Source: Dimargaris cristalligena (lineage: Eukaryota). From it: a stretch of 41,059 bases of DNA. The stretch's first letter is position 1. Each line of letters begins with the position of its first letter. Positions 22,727 to 33,564 of the stretch are shown here, piece after piece. The stretch is taken from NCBI GenBank assembly GCA_003614675.1, contig ML002331.1:1-41059 (forward strand), in the 5' to 3' direction. The position numbers were made by a program, and so were the translations under genes. A model generated the notes under the pieces. That model saw nothing but the letters and a program-made list of their open reading frames with translations. It had not been told where the DNA came from and made no database searches.

Positions 22727-25221
22727 ATGTGGGGGAACTACGGCTATCATTATCTCTTGACCCTGGTCCTGGCCACCCAGGTCCGAGAAATTATAAGTTT
22801 ACCTCAGCCCCAGCCGCGTTCGAATAAGTCCTCGAATGGGTCCCCCAGAAATCAACCAGCCAATCTTAGAGTTCTGACCCGACATACTCCCCGCTTTGGT
22901 CAACGCGCGGACACACTGCGGATGTGGGCTATACCGACGGCGCCGGTGAATACGGTGGGAATCTTGGCTAATGAAAAGGCCGCCATCGACCTTGAAGAAG
23001 CAAATCATGCCGGTGGTGACAATACTGGCAATCCAGTTGAGTTTGATAACCTAGAAATCTACCCTATTGCCGACAACTTGCGGGGCCAGGCGACCCGGGA
23101 GGGGTTCCCAAATGCTTTAGGTGCTAGGAATGATAGCACCCTCTTCCCAACTACCCGGCCTACTAGTTCAGTCACCGCAGTCAGCGATACTAGCTCCAGG
23201 CCCACACTATCTATTCAATCCCATCGCTTTGGGCTGTCGGATACAGATTCTAAACTCGGCCAATTACCGATGGAGCTTTTCAACGAGATCCTAGGAAAAT
23301 TGAACCCGGATTCGGTCGTTGAGTTGCATCGCACTTGCCACAAAATAATGGGTTTAGTGGAGTGCAGCCCACGAATTATGAATTATGCTAAGGTAAGTCA
23401 TGGCTTGGTTAAATTGCTGTGATACAATAGAGATATAGTATTTGGGTTGTGCTCATAATCGAACCTGCCCTACATCTTCTTAAACTGGATATGGTGTTAT
23501 TATTCAATAGTCCGAAGGACGGCAAATAGATGGCCAATAGGATCCCACTCTCATCTAAACGTAAAAGCCAAGGCCTCCCTTACTGCATACTAGTCCTATG
23601 CACTTGTCTGGTTAGTGATCTTTCCATTTTCGAAATAGACTACCCGTCGTATTTAATTTAACGCCATGTTTCGTCTACCATACCTTTTCAACCGTCACAT
23701 ATTGAATCCTCTCAGAAATTTGTTCAAATTCGGGCCATTCTTAAATATCCTTTTTTGGGTTTGGATGGCTATGACCATCCGGTTCTTCAGCTCCTACCAT
23801 TCGAGTATGATGACGCCCTGATCAAAACTATGCATCAACTTCCCTTCGTACGCACCTCCACCCCAGCTCGACTGGCCAATTTCATTAATCCGGGTTTAGA
23901 TCCCATACCTTTTGACTTGGCTCAATCGCTCCAAATCTACACAATAAATGTACTGGATACTCAGGACCACCAAGGTACAGGCGACTGGGTCTACGTGAAT
24001 TACCTCAAATTAACTACAGACCAACGCATAAAGCTATTTCCCCTCATTAGGTTTGCGGAACATCAGCATCACGAACAGCTCCAGTTGGGGGACAAAGCCC
24101 TGGCAGAGGAAAGGAGCTTTTATGCCATGTATTCACAGGCCTATATGACCTGCGTATTGGCGCTGCGCACCACGGATGATCTACTCGCTGCTCTTGGTTC
24201 AACGGCCCATAATGCGGTGGATTCGAGATTTATTGACCCTGTGACCCTGATCAGCGGCTGGGGTATCAGTATTACTCAACTGGCCGACAGGGTCGTCCTG
24301 AATCGTTGGGCTCGAGCGGTCACAGTGCTCTTGACTCTCCACGAAAAGGGTATTGCTTCCCCAAATGTAAATCGCTCGCACCGCTATCCTCCTCTCCTTA
24401 AAGCCTGGGAAGGATTGAACAAGTTATTCAGGCGGGCTACAGTATCCGAACACCTACCCAACCCCGCCCTGGATTTCTTTTACTTAAGTATATTACAATC
24501 CAATCTAACCAGTGAACATGATCGGCCTTATTTCTCATCTCCGACCCAGTCAGTTGATGGAGCATTCCCCGGCCACTTCAATGAAGAGACTCGCCGACGA
24601 CTACATGCCTTGGAAGACACCGCTATGGGACACTTTCGGAATCGCTGGCCAATAGATTGTGCGCGTAAAATGGGCTTTCCAAATGCCGCCGATAAATTGG
24701 AAATCGCCCGTATTGGAGTTATTCGAGGCGAACGTGGTGTATTCGGTAGAACCGGTTGGAATCTAACCTGGGATTGGGATAGGCGGTGGGGTGAAGCCCC
24801 TGCTGCTGGTAACCGCATAGGTCAGGCGGAATGCATCGACATCTTTACAGGGGGCGACTATATGTACCTAGACTTGCGCGATAGGAACGCACCCGTTATG
24901 GCAATGCGGGTTCGTCGGGCATACCTCAGCGATATTCTCCAAGATAATAACAATGGGAACACAAGTGGTCCTAGAGAAGAAGATACCACCGGAACATCTG
25001 GGACGGGCAGGCCTACTACCATGGGTGATGGTCGTGGAAATGAACCCGGCCACCAATCCGATGCTGAAATCACCCTACCAAAGTATTTTCCGTTATTATC
25101 AAGTCGTCTCACCGAGCAACTTATTCAGCGATCCCAGCAGCTAATTGAATACACTCAACTTAAGGCCGAGGATCGCTGGGATGCCGCCCATGATAGTCAA
25201 ATACCCGACATTGCCTACTGA
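22727..25221 (+). CDS. Predicted secreted protein with an internal F-box-like motif, ~723 aa; exons 22727-23392 and 23716-25221
   Basis: N-terminal hydrophobic LLTLVLATQVREIIS-LP. F-box pattern LGQLPMELFNEILGKLNPDSVVELHRTCHKIMGLV (~23255-23362). Phase-0 donor AAG|GTAAGT at 23393 and in-frame acceptor CTCTCAG| at 23715 join the two track ORFs. An extra 81-nt exon (23530-23610) is possible. Confidence 0.7.
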
Positions 25222-26138
25222 TCTACTCCGATTATTAGATGGCTATACTTGTTTTATTTAGCCACCCCAATTATTTTACCGTTTACTCCAACCCTCCAAG
25301 GTATTTACATTTCCAACATCGGGATCATGGGTTTATCAGCCGAGTCGTGGGCCATGGTGCTATTATCGGTTAGCGATGCCCCCAGGATGCCCTGTAGAAG
25401 AGGAGCAGGAACCCTAGTTGCGTAGGACACGCCTTCTAATACGCAACTACCTAGTTAGTAAATTTTTAAATTGTTCAGGTTTCGTATAAATCCGTCGAGG
25501 CATCACTTGAAACTGACAGTCTATATTTCAATGCGGAAATTTGTTTCTCATATTTTTCTTTCTTTTATTCCTTCCTACCTACCGAGCCGATTTGGTTTTG
25601 TTCATTTTTATAGTTTAAAGTTATTCTCTACTGTGCTCATTATATAATTGCACAACGAATTTTCAGTTATTATAGGCCGTGGACATGCCCATTGAGCATA
25701 AAAAGTAACACTAGTAAATAAACCAAATGTCCACATCTAATAATGATTACCCATAAGTGGTATGGGTCTGCGTATATGATACATTTAATTAGACAACGGA
25801 ATCCAATCATTCAAACAGCTGGGGTTTGTGTATCCATGTGAACAAGTATAGTATATTGATCGGCAGAATAGCAAAACTCATAATGTGCCTGGGGCATCAC
25901 CACCCACTCTACTCTCAACTCAATGCACCATTCCGTTTATATATAATACTATTAGGCCACCTGGTCTAAGCTTTATATTTGTGAGCTCCATTTCCCCCAT
26001 TTGGTGTTTTATACCGCGTGATTTTAGCCCTCGACAACATCAGCATTCCTATTACCAAAGCGCCTCACCTTACCAACATCCTATATATTACTATTATTTC
26101 AAAACCCCGCCACCTGCAGGCATACTATTATATTTACG

Positions 26139-26597
26139 ATGAAGCTCATTCAGTTTGCCGTTTGGGCTCCGGTCATCTTACAAGGCCTTGCTTTGGCCCT
26201 TCCCACTGAAACCAGGATTACCTCATTTACTCACCGGGATAGCCCCAATAAATGTGGTCCACCCCAAGTCCCCACTCCCACCACCACTAAAGTAGATTCC
26301 ACTACCACCATTGATAGTATGCCAACCGACACGGACGGACCCACCCCCGGTGAACCTTCCGGATGCAATGTCTTTGCCAGCGGGTTCGCGGAATACGAGA
26401 TCCAAATCGTCGGTGCCACCCTCTCCGATTTCACCTCAAAGGGAAGCGACTACGCTGATAAAGTAGCGAGGATCATCACTTGCTTCACGCTCACGGCCAT
26501 CATTCCCTACGACATGAAACTAACGTTCCGTATCCGGTCCGTCGATGCCGAAGTTCTGCGGACATGGCCCGAGACCTCCTCTGTCATCGAAGTCTAA
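26139..26597 (+). CDS. Secreted Thr-rich protein, paralog 1 (152 aa; CGPPQVP motif + I9/propeptide-like C-terminal domain)
   Basis: Signal peptide ending GLALA-LP; NKCGPPQVPT; Thr/Pro linker; C-terminal domain ending RIRSVDAEVLRTWPETSSVIEV. Clear homology to the three neighbouring genes. Confidence 0.9.
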   Translation: MKLIQFAVWAPVILQGLALALPTETRITSFTHRDSPNKCGPPQVPTPTTTKVDSTTTIDSMPTDTDGPTPGEPSGCNVFASGFAEYEIQIVGATLSDFTSKGSDYADKVARIITCFTLTAIIPYDMKLTFRIRSVDAEVLRTWPETSSVIEV

Positions 26598-28003
26598 CAA
26601 CATCGTTGGTATCGTCCGTATCCTCCAACTTCCCTAACATGGCTAACGCAATAATAAAATATGTCGGGCCCTACTTTGGGACCTTAGGGCCCATCTGCCA
26701 TCTGGAGAACACTGTACCTTACTTCGCAGGATCCGTATAAGTTTTCAAGCTCATTCTTTTGGGGCTCTTGGAAATATCATCTGGAATAGATGATTATTTT
26801 TTGTTTTGTTTTTGGCATTGAAAATATGGGTGATTTCTATTTGTAAGCTCCTATGATGTTAACGAGATTCTCCTAATATTAGAGGCTGGAAAAATCAATT
26901 TGTTCCCCCTCCCCCCTGTTCCTGTAGGGGGTTAATTTAAAATTTTCCCGAGAGTAAAACATATGCCACTACTATTACGCTCAGGCTGAGCGGGGCCAGG
27001 GGTTACCATGATATCCGAGTTAGGATTTGTGATGAGAGAGTGAGGGGTTGTTAGCTAAATATAAGTTTATTTTAATAAGCCTTAAATTAGCTCAGGTGTA
27101 CGTGCATAGTTTGCTATTTTATACCCCGGTTCTTTTAGGATGGCCGGTAGGGGTTGTAATTGCTCATTGCCCATTGGGCGGTGCTTTTCGTCTGAGGGGT
27201 CAGGTGACTTCTTCATCACTAGAGTAGCGAGCCCCTTCAGGTGGTTGCGCTACTGTCGGAGGGAAAGCTGGGAATAGAAATATGCCGAAAATGAAAAACC
27301 CCAAAATAGATCTTTTGGAATGTTGTGAAGGTTACTCTGCAAATGAGGGGCAACAGCCAGACAAGTCATATTAATCACACTGCCATACTATTGGGAATCA
27401 CTAATATTCTCGTAATGGTCTCTGCAACCCAGTCTACATATGGCAATATAATGCCGCTTTTGTGGTGGTGGTAGTGGTGGTGGTGGTGAGCGATCACCCC
27501 GCTGCCCATGGAATGATACTCGCCATTGGCCACCTCTGGTGAAAAATACGGAATGTCAGATTGCCCAGTGCTTACTTCCAAAGTCAAACCAGACGAGTGC
27601 ATTTTCTCGTTAACAATTTGACGTTACGAAGCCGTCAATCAATTGGTTCATGTTTTGGTGTTGGTGTGAATGAGGATGGAAAAATAGGGAACTGTAGTGG
27701 GTATAGTCCACTGTGTAAAATAGAGGAAGCAGCCGTGGCCCCATATGTGGAATAACCCCCTCTCCCTCTAAATACACCCCCGCCTATTCATGCCAACCAT
27801 TTTATATATTACAAGTATCAGCTCATTGCCTATAGATGCCACATGGTTGACACCTAATACCTCTTCATCGCACCGGTTTGTTGACATTTTTGTATCACCC
27901 ACAATATCATTGCCAAGGCGCCTGTTCAACCAATATTTATTACCATCTTAATTTATAGTATTGCCTCTCCCCCTACTTACCTCCCCGCCTTTAATTACCC
28001 GTC

Positions 28004-28549
28004 ATGAAGGTTCTTCTACTTGCCGCCTGCACCCTCGCTGCTCTCCCGGGTCTGGCACTGGCCTACCCCGCCAACAACCCCGAATGTACCCACCTCGTTC
28101 GCCGTGACGGTTCCAACAGCAAGTGCGGCCCGCCCCAGGTTCCCACCATCACTGTTCCGGTCGTCGATCCCACCCTTACCTTGAGTGTTACTCCTACCGA
28201 AGAGACCACCGCTACTACTACTTCCACCGAAGAGTCCACCGCCGCTCCCATCGACCCTACCACCACTACCACCGAGGCATCCTATACTCCAACCCCAACG
28301 GGTCCCCCCGCCTGCGATCCTAAAGGTACCGAGTTTGATGACTACAAGGTCACCCTCGCTGGCATCACCTATTACGGTAATTTTGAAATGGAAATGGACA
28401 CCTATATGAACAAGATCAAGGCCAACCTTGATTGTTTTGAATTTGTTACGGTTAATTCTATGGTCATGTATTTCCAGTACCGTCTCCGATCTAGTGAAGC
28501 TGATCTTCTGCGGTCCTGGCCCGAAACTGGCTCGGTCATGAAGATGTAA
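28004..28549 (+). CDS. Secreted Thr-rich protein, paralog 2 (181 aa)
   Basis: Signal peptide MKVLLLAACTLAALPGLALA; VRR|DG dibasic site; KCGPPQVPT; Thr-rich stalk; C-terminal domain ending YRLRSSEADLLRSWPETGSVMKM. Confidence 0.92.
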   Translation: MKVLLLAACTLAALPGLALAYPANNPECTHLVRRDGSNSKCGPPQVPTITVPVVDPTLTLSVTPTEETTATTTSTEESTAAPIDPTTTTTEASYTPTPTGPPACDPKGTEFDDYKVTLAGITYYGNFEMEMDTYMNKIKANLDCFEFVTVNSMVMYFQYRLRSSEADLLRSWPETGSVMKM

Positions 28550-28864
28550 ATGTTGAACATAGGTCATGGGTACAGTTGTCACCTCTTCCCTAATATTTAG
28601 GGGGGCGGAGGAGCCTGGCTATCTATTTTTCAAACTCAATATTGCCAGTCCTAACATTCCATCTAATCAAATACTCATATTTCAGCAGCAATTACTCTTG
28701 GAGATGGATAAAAAAATTAGCATCTACTACTACTTGAATGTCTGTAAAAACCCCGAGTGGTTCCGATGGCCTGAGTTGGCTTTAGTTGATTTTTTACTGC
28801 GACTTAATGGATGCGTATCCAATGCTTACATTTCCCTTAAGATGCCTATGGTCGCCATGTGTCG

Positions 28865-28917
28865 CGGGCATATGGTACCCGGGGGAATACTAGATACCTG
28901 GGGGTACCATACGCCTG
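28865..28917. other. Stem-loop between the convergent 3' ends of paralogs 2 and 3
   Basis: TATGGTACCC (28871-28880) is the exact reverse complement of GGGTACCATA (28902-28911). The stem extends outward by CGGGC/GCCTG after one mismatch. Confidence 0.55.
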
Positions 28918-29084
28918 GCACACTGGCATTACCCATGGTGATTCCCATTAAAAAATATTCAATTTATTTGGCAATGAAATAGTGGGGAGGGCCTTGGATA
29001 AATTCATAAACGCCACCAGTCAAACCGGTATTAAAGAAGATATAAGCCGGTGGCCAATCAAGTGGGGAGCCTTATAACTAGGGA

Positions 29085-29630
29085 TTAAGCTAGCGTGACC
29101 GAGCCCGTTTCAGGCCAAGACCGCATAATTTCGGCATCACTGGGACGAAGGCGGTAGACCAGTTTCAAAGCGAAGGAGTCATCATCAGTGAGTAAGTAGC
29201 AATCGAAAGTGGCACGGACCTTATCCTTGTATTCGTCTTCCGACCCTTCAAAAACCATGTAATCGTTAACTCCAGCGAGGCGAACAATATAGGAATTGAA
29301 GCCAGTCCCTCTAGGATCACAACCGGTGGGACCCGTTGGAGTTGGAGTATAGGATGCCTCGGTGGTAGTGATGGTAGGGTCGATGGGAGCGGTGGTGGAC
29401 TCTTCGGTGGAAGTAGTAGTGGCGGTGGTCTCTTCGGTAGGAGTAACACTCAAGGTAGGGGTGGGGTCGACGACCGGAACAGTGGTGGTGGGAACCTGGG
29501 GCGGGCCGCACTTGTTGTTGGAACCGTCACGGCGAACGGGGTGGGTACATTCGGGGTTGTTGGCGGGGTAGGCCAGTGCCAGACCCGGGAGAGCAGCGAG
29601 GGTGCAGGCGGCAAGTAGAAGAACCTTCAT
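29085..29630 (-). CDS. Secreted Thr-rich protein, paralog 3 (181 aa)
   Basis: N-terminal 101 aa nearly identical to paralog 2; C-terminal domain YIVRLAG...YRLRPSDAEIMRSWPETGSVTLA. Confidence 0.92.
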   Translation of the reverse strand: MKVLLLAACTLAALPGLALAYPANNPECTHPVRRDGSNNKCGPPQVPTTTVPVVDPTPTLSVTPTEETTATTTSTEESTTAPIDPTITTTEASYTPTPTGPTGCDPRGTGFNSYIVRLAGVNDYMVFEGSEDEYKDKVRATFDCYLLTDDDSFALKLVYRLRPSDAEIMRSWPETGSVTLA

Positions 29631-29761
29631 GACGGGTAATTAATAATATATAAAGAAGTGGTAATAAAGACCAGAGTATAAGACCTAAGGTATAAATGAG
29701 AATTCGATTAGAAAAAAGTGCAATGTAATTAATGGGAGAGGGTAGGGGGATTTTGTCGCTG

Positions 29762-29781
29762 TATATATATATATATATATA
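29762..29781. repeat. (TA)10 microsatellite, probably serving as the TATA element of paralog 3
   Basis: Direct reading; lies ~130-150 nt upstream of ATG 29630 on the minus strand. Confidence 0.75.
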
Positions 29782-30838
29782 GGGGAAGGCCACCACACCG
29801 CGTTAGGGCTTTGAATTAAATACTAACGAAGAATTGGGCGGTAAATCTATTTTTAACCGGTACAGCCCATCTTTTCCACTGGATTTTTCGCTGTAGAACC
29901 CAACTGGACCCCACCCATATACAAACGTATCCTCGGTATATATTGATTCCCTCGGGAGGCGGACAATCAGCGGCGGTTCTGGCGGTGTTGTCTGTATTTG
30001 AAAGGCGTTATGGGATCCCCTTCTACCAATGAGCAGCTGGATAGTCACATCCTTCTCACCCATACTGCTTTAATCACACAACACGAAGCCTTTCATTCGC
30101 AGCTCAACATCGAATGGTTGGTTTTGTCTATACAAGTCCGCGGTACCTTTTGGCTTCACTTTTATCTTGCCTATCTGGCAATCAGGTCCACTCTGAGTTT
30201 CGTTACAAGCGATCAATGGTGGGAGTGGAACGAAGGCCGGCATGGCAATAACCCTTGGCTGTCCCAAAGCACCATATAGTTTTCAACAAATGGGTTAGCA
30301 TGCCTACTTTGGGAATGCATGATGGATTTCCCTCATGGTAGGGAGGAGACAGGCAGGTGTCCCCTTCTCATTAGCTGAACAGCTCTCCTAGTATCCAGGC
30401 AATTCATTTTTTGGTTGGGTTGTTAGGGCCACTTTATATTTACAATTAAAAAAGTACACAAAGACCGTTGGAGTAGACAAATTAGTAGAATAGTCACTAG
30501 CTAGTAAATGCAGTATAGATGTCCACAAGAGTTTGGGCGTGACAATATGCCACAAATCCAGTACTCAAACCCATGTCCTAGACGGAGATCTAAATCTAGA
30601 AAGTTTAATTTATATATAAAGACATTATAAAACTCATAAGCCCCTTTCTCTAAGGTGTGAAGATGTAAAGAGCACCTGGAATTAGGAATCCTTGGTCGTC
30701 CTGTATCAGGGCCCCCAATTAAGTTGCGATGTAATGAGAAAGAGATTGGAGAGGGATCAATCTTTTTCTATACAACCCCCCACCCCCTATATTACTATAG
30801 GCCAAGTAACGCCAGGAAGCCCACTACCAAGTTGACCC

Positions 30839-31288
30839 TTACAATTGCGTGACCGAGGCCGTCTCGGGCCAGGTTCGTAGAATGTCTGCATCACTAGAGC
30901 GTAGCGTGTAGGTCAACTTCTGGAAAGCGTTATTAATGGTCGTGAGGGCGAGGCAAGAAAAGGCACTCTCAACTTTGGTATTATACTCGCGCCACATGGT
31001 TCCGAAGGTTTCGAAGTTGGTGCCGACGATTTTGACCTCGTATTCGGCGAAGCCACCCGCAAAGACGTTGCAGTCTTCGTGGGGTGGGGTGGAGGGTTCA
31101 TCGGACGTAGTTGTGGTGGTGGTGGCTACCTCGTCGCTGGCAGTAGTGGTGGGAACTTGGGGCGGACCACACTTGTTGTTGGAACCGTCACGGCGAACCA
31201 GGTGGGCGCAGTCAGAATCGGCGGGCAGGGCTTGGATGAGGCCCTGGAGGCCAGCCAGAGCGCCGACGGCGAATAGGAAAACCTTCAT
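30839..31288 (-). CDS. Secreted Thr-rich protein, paralog 4 (149 aa)
   Basis: First ATG 31288 (MKVFLFAVGALAGLQGLIQA-LP); HLVRRDGSNNKCGPPQVPT; C-terminal CNVFAGGFAEYEVKIVG...LRSSDADILRTWPETASVTQL. Confidence 0.92.
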   Translation of the reverse strand: MKVFLFAVGALAGLQGLIQALPADSDCAHLVRRDGSNNKCGPPQVPTTTASDEVATTTTTTSDEPSTPPHEDCNVFAGGFAEYEVKIVGTNFETFGTMWREYNTKVESAFSCLALTTINNAFQKLTYTLRSSDADILRTWPETASVTQL

Positions 31289-33564
31289 AATGTTTAGATC
31301 TAATAGGGGATCACTAAACACTTGGAATATATAATATATATAGGGTGGTCGGTTATAAATTAGGGATGAAGTTGATTAAACTAGGGGGGTAGAGGGAAGG
31401 GGCTTGATGAGAAAAAATCATATATATATTTATAGATAGACGGGTGGATATTTATATACTTCATAGAGGGAGGGATGGTTTAGCCTAAGTGTCGGAAAGC
31501 CAAGAGCGAGAGAGAGAGTCTTGGTGGAACCCATTCATATCCAAAAGCAATTACACCCTTTAGTCACGGTTGATCGTTTTCCCCTCCCCACTGAATCATC
31601 AAATGATGAACCATTTAGTAGCCAACTTCCTTTTGCTCAGAGTACAATATCTCGAATTTCACAGTTGGGCTTCCAACATCGCCTAATACTGGCCAGGTAA
31701 TCATAAACAGCACCCATGTCGCTGTATTCGGCCAATAGTGGGAGTGTGGTGGAAGACAGCATGAGCAATCGTGTCGGCTGACCCTCCTCGCTCAATCAAC
31801 ATCATACATACACACACATTTATATATATACACACATATATATATACGTATAATAAGAGATTTAGCGAGCGGTGTTAAGAAGAATGGATAATCTAAACAA
31901 ACGACCTGGCTAAGTATTATACCAAATATCCACCACTTATCATTGCATTGTTTCCCAATAGTTTAGGCTTATTCTCACTTACATAAACAATTGAAAACCG
32001 ACCTATGCTTCTTGGCGCTTGTAAAACTTCATGAAATAACCAACTACATGCTAAATCGGCTCTCAGTTGGAATTGGTGTTTATAATAGCGTAACCCAAAA
32101 TTTCCTTAAAGATGTAGCTCTAAAAAAAACTTATTTCAATAGACTGTAGAGTTTTATATATCGTTGAACTAGTATACTAAATAAAAGCATATCACACAGA
32201 CCAAGATTTACTGGACATGTTACCGCTGGAAGTGCATAAATGTGATCATTAAATGGTTTGAGGTGATGATATGGGTGAAATTCAAACCAGCTGTATAAAG
32301 TTTTACATGATTTGTGTATGGGAGAGTATGCGGGAGTAACCATTTTAACCAGTAATATTGGCCCCATCCAGTGTATTTTTCATTATACAGCCTGAATGAA
32401 CTCCTCCCATATTGATCAAGTGATTTGTCCGATATCGTTAAACGATCTCTGAGATATTCGTGAGTTGGGTTTTAGGGGATTGTCACCTTGCCTATGGCAA
32501 CTTCCTGGCAACATCGCTGTATTATCATTGACACAGCGAATTGACTACCCTCCCTTTTTTATGTACATTTTTCTGGCTGGCTTTAATATAAGGGACCATT
32601 AAACCATCCTAGATTATACCCTCTACTTCCCCTTCTTCAATAAAGCCACTCCCAAAACTCGCCGAATATTTTTAGGCCCAGTGATCATGTGGATTCCGAT
32701 TCACTGCCTAAGTTAGGTGACTGATATAACGGGTATCATACATATACCACCTGCTCGTTAGGCTAGGCCGGGTAGATTACAGTCGGTCGAATGACATATA
32801 TATAGATCAAGAGGTAGTTACGAGTCACCACCAATCGCCCCATTTAAATACTGCATCTAAGAGAGCATAATTTACCTACCCTGCTAATAAAGGACACGAT
32901 TGATAGAGAAGGTGGATAATTGCCACAACAGTTTAGCAGCCACCAAACCTATTATCATGCGTACATCAGTAGCTAGCTATTCCAGCGCAAGGCGCTAATG
33001 GGATATGAGAATCATGAAAGTATGTATGTATTTAATGGGTATAACCACGGGTACTAGTGTAATATAAAAATAGTGGAAATTAAAAAAAAAATGGCAGAAA
33101 ATGTCCAGATGGGTAGTGGAGCGTCCTTGAAATCGCACAAAGTCCACAGCAAAGTGTGGAAAAAAAGGGGGAGGGTGTGGGGGTATGAATGAATATGAAA
33201 AATTGAACAGGTGAATATAATAGAAAAAAATACTGCCGACAGCTACACATTAGGTGAAGTCAGTCGTCGGAAAAGGGGGAAGAAAACGTAGGAGGAGACG
33301 TGGTGGAACTGATTGTGACAAACGAACAGGTATGTGCAAAGGGGTAACGAGATGTGGGAAAGAAATGGATGGGAAATTTGCATAATTAAGGCAATATGAT
33401 GTGTAGATTGGGGCCGCAAAAATTGACCACTCCAATGCAGGCCACCTCATTAACCTATGCACGCCACTGAGCCAGCCACCAGAAGAGGGCACAACACGTC
33501 CCCCAACCATGCAGTTCTCTCGGGCCATGCCGGGACCAGGTCGGGCGAACTAATCGAAACTTGC

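Larger units (their letters stand above)
27991..29643. repeat. Long inverted repeat: arms 27991-28306 and 29328-29643 (~316 bp, ~97% identical) flanking a ~1.0 kb spacer
   Basis: Manual alignment: 13 nt of 5' UTR plus the first 101 codons of paralogs 2 and 3 differ at only 9 positions. Confidence 0.92.

Noticed and set aside
28016-28582. Antisense and alternate-frame ORFs over the secreted paralogs, PTM1, the Myb gene and TOM22
   Set aside because: Shadows of GC-rich real CDSs.
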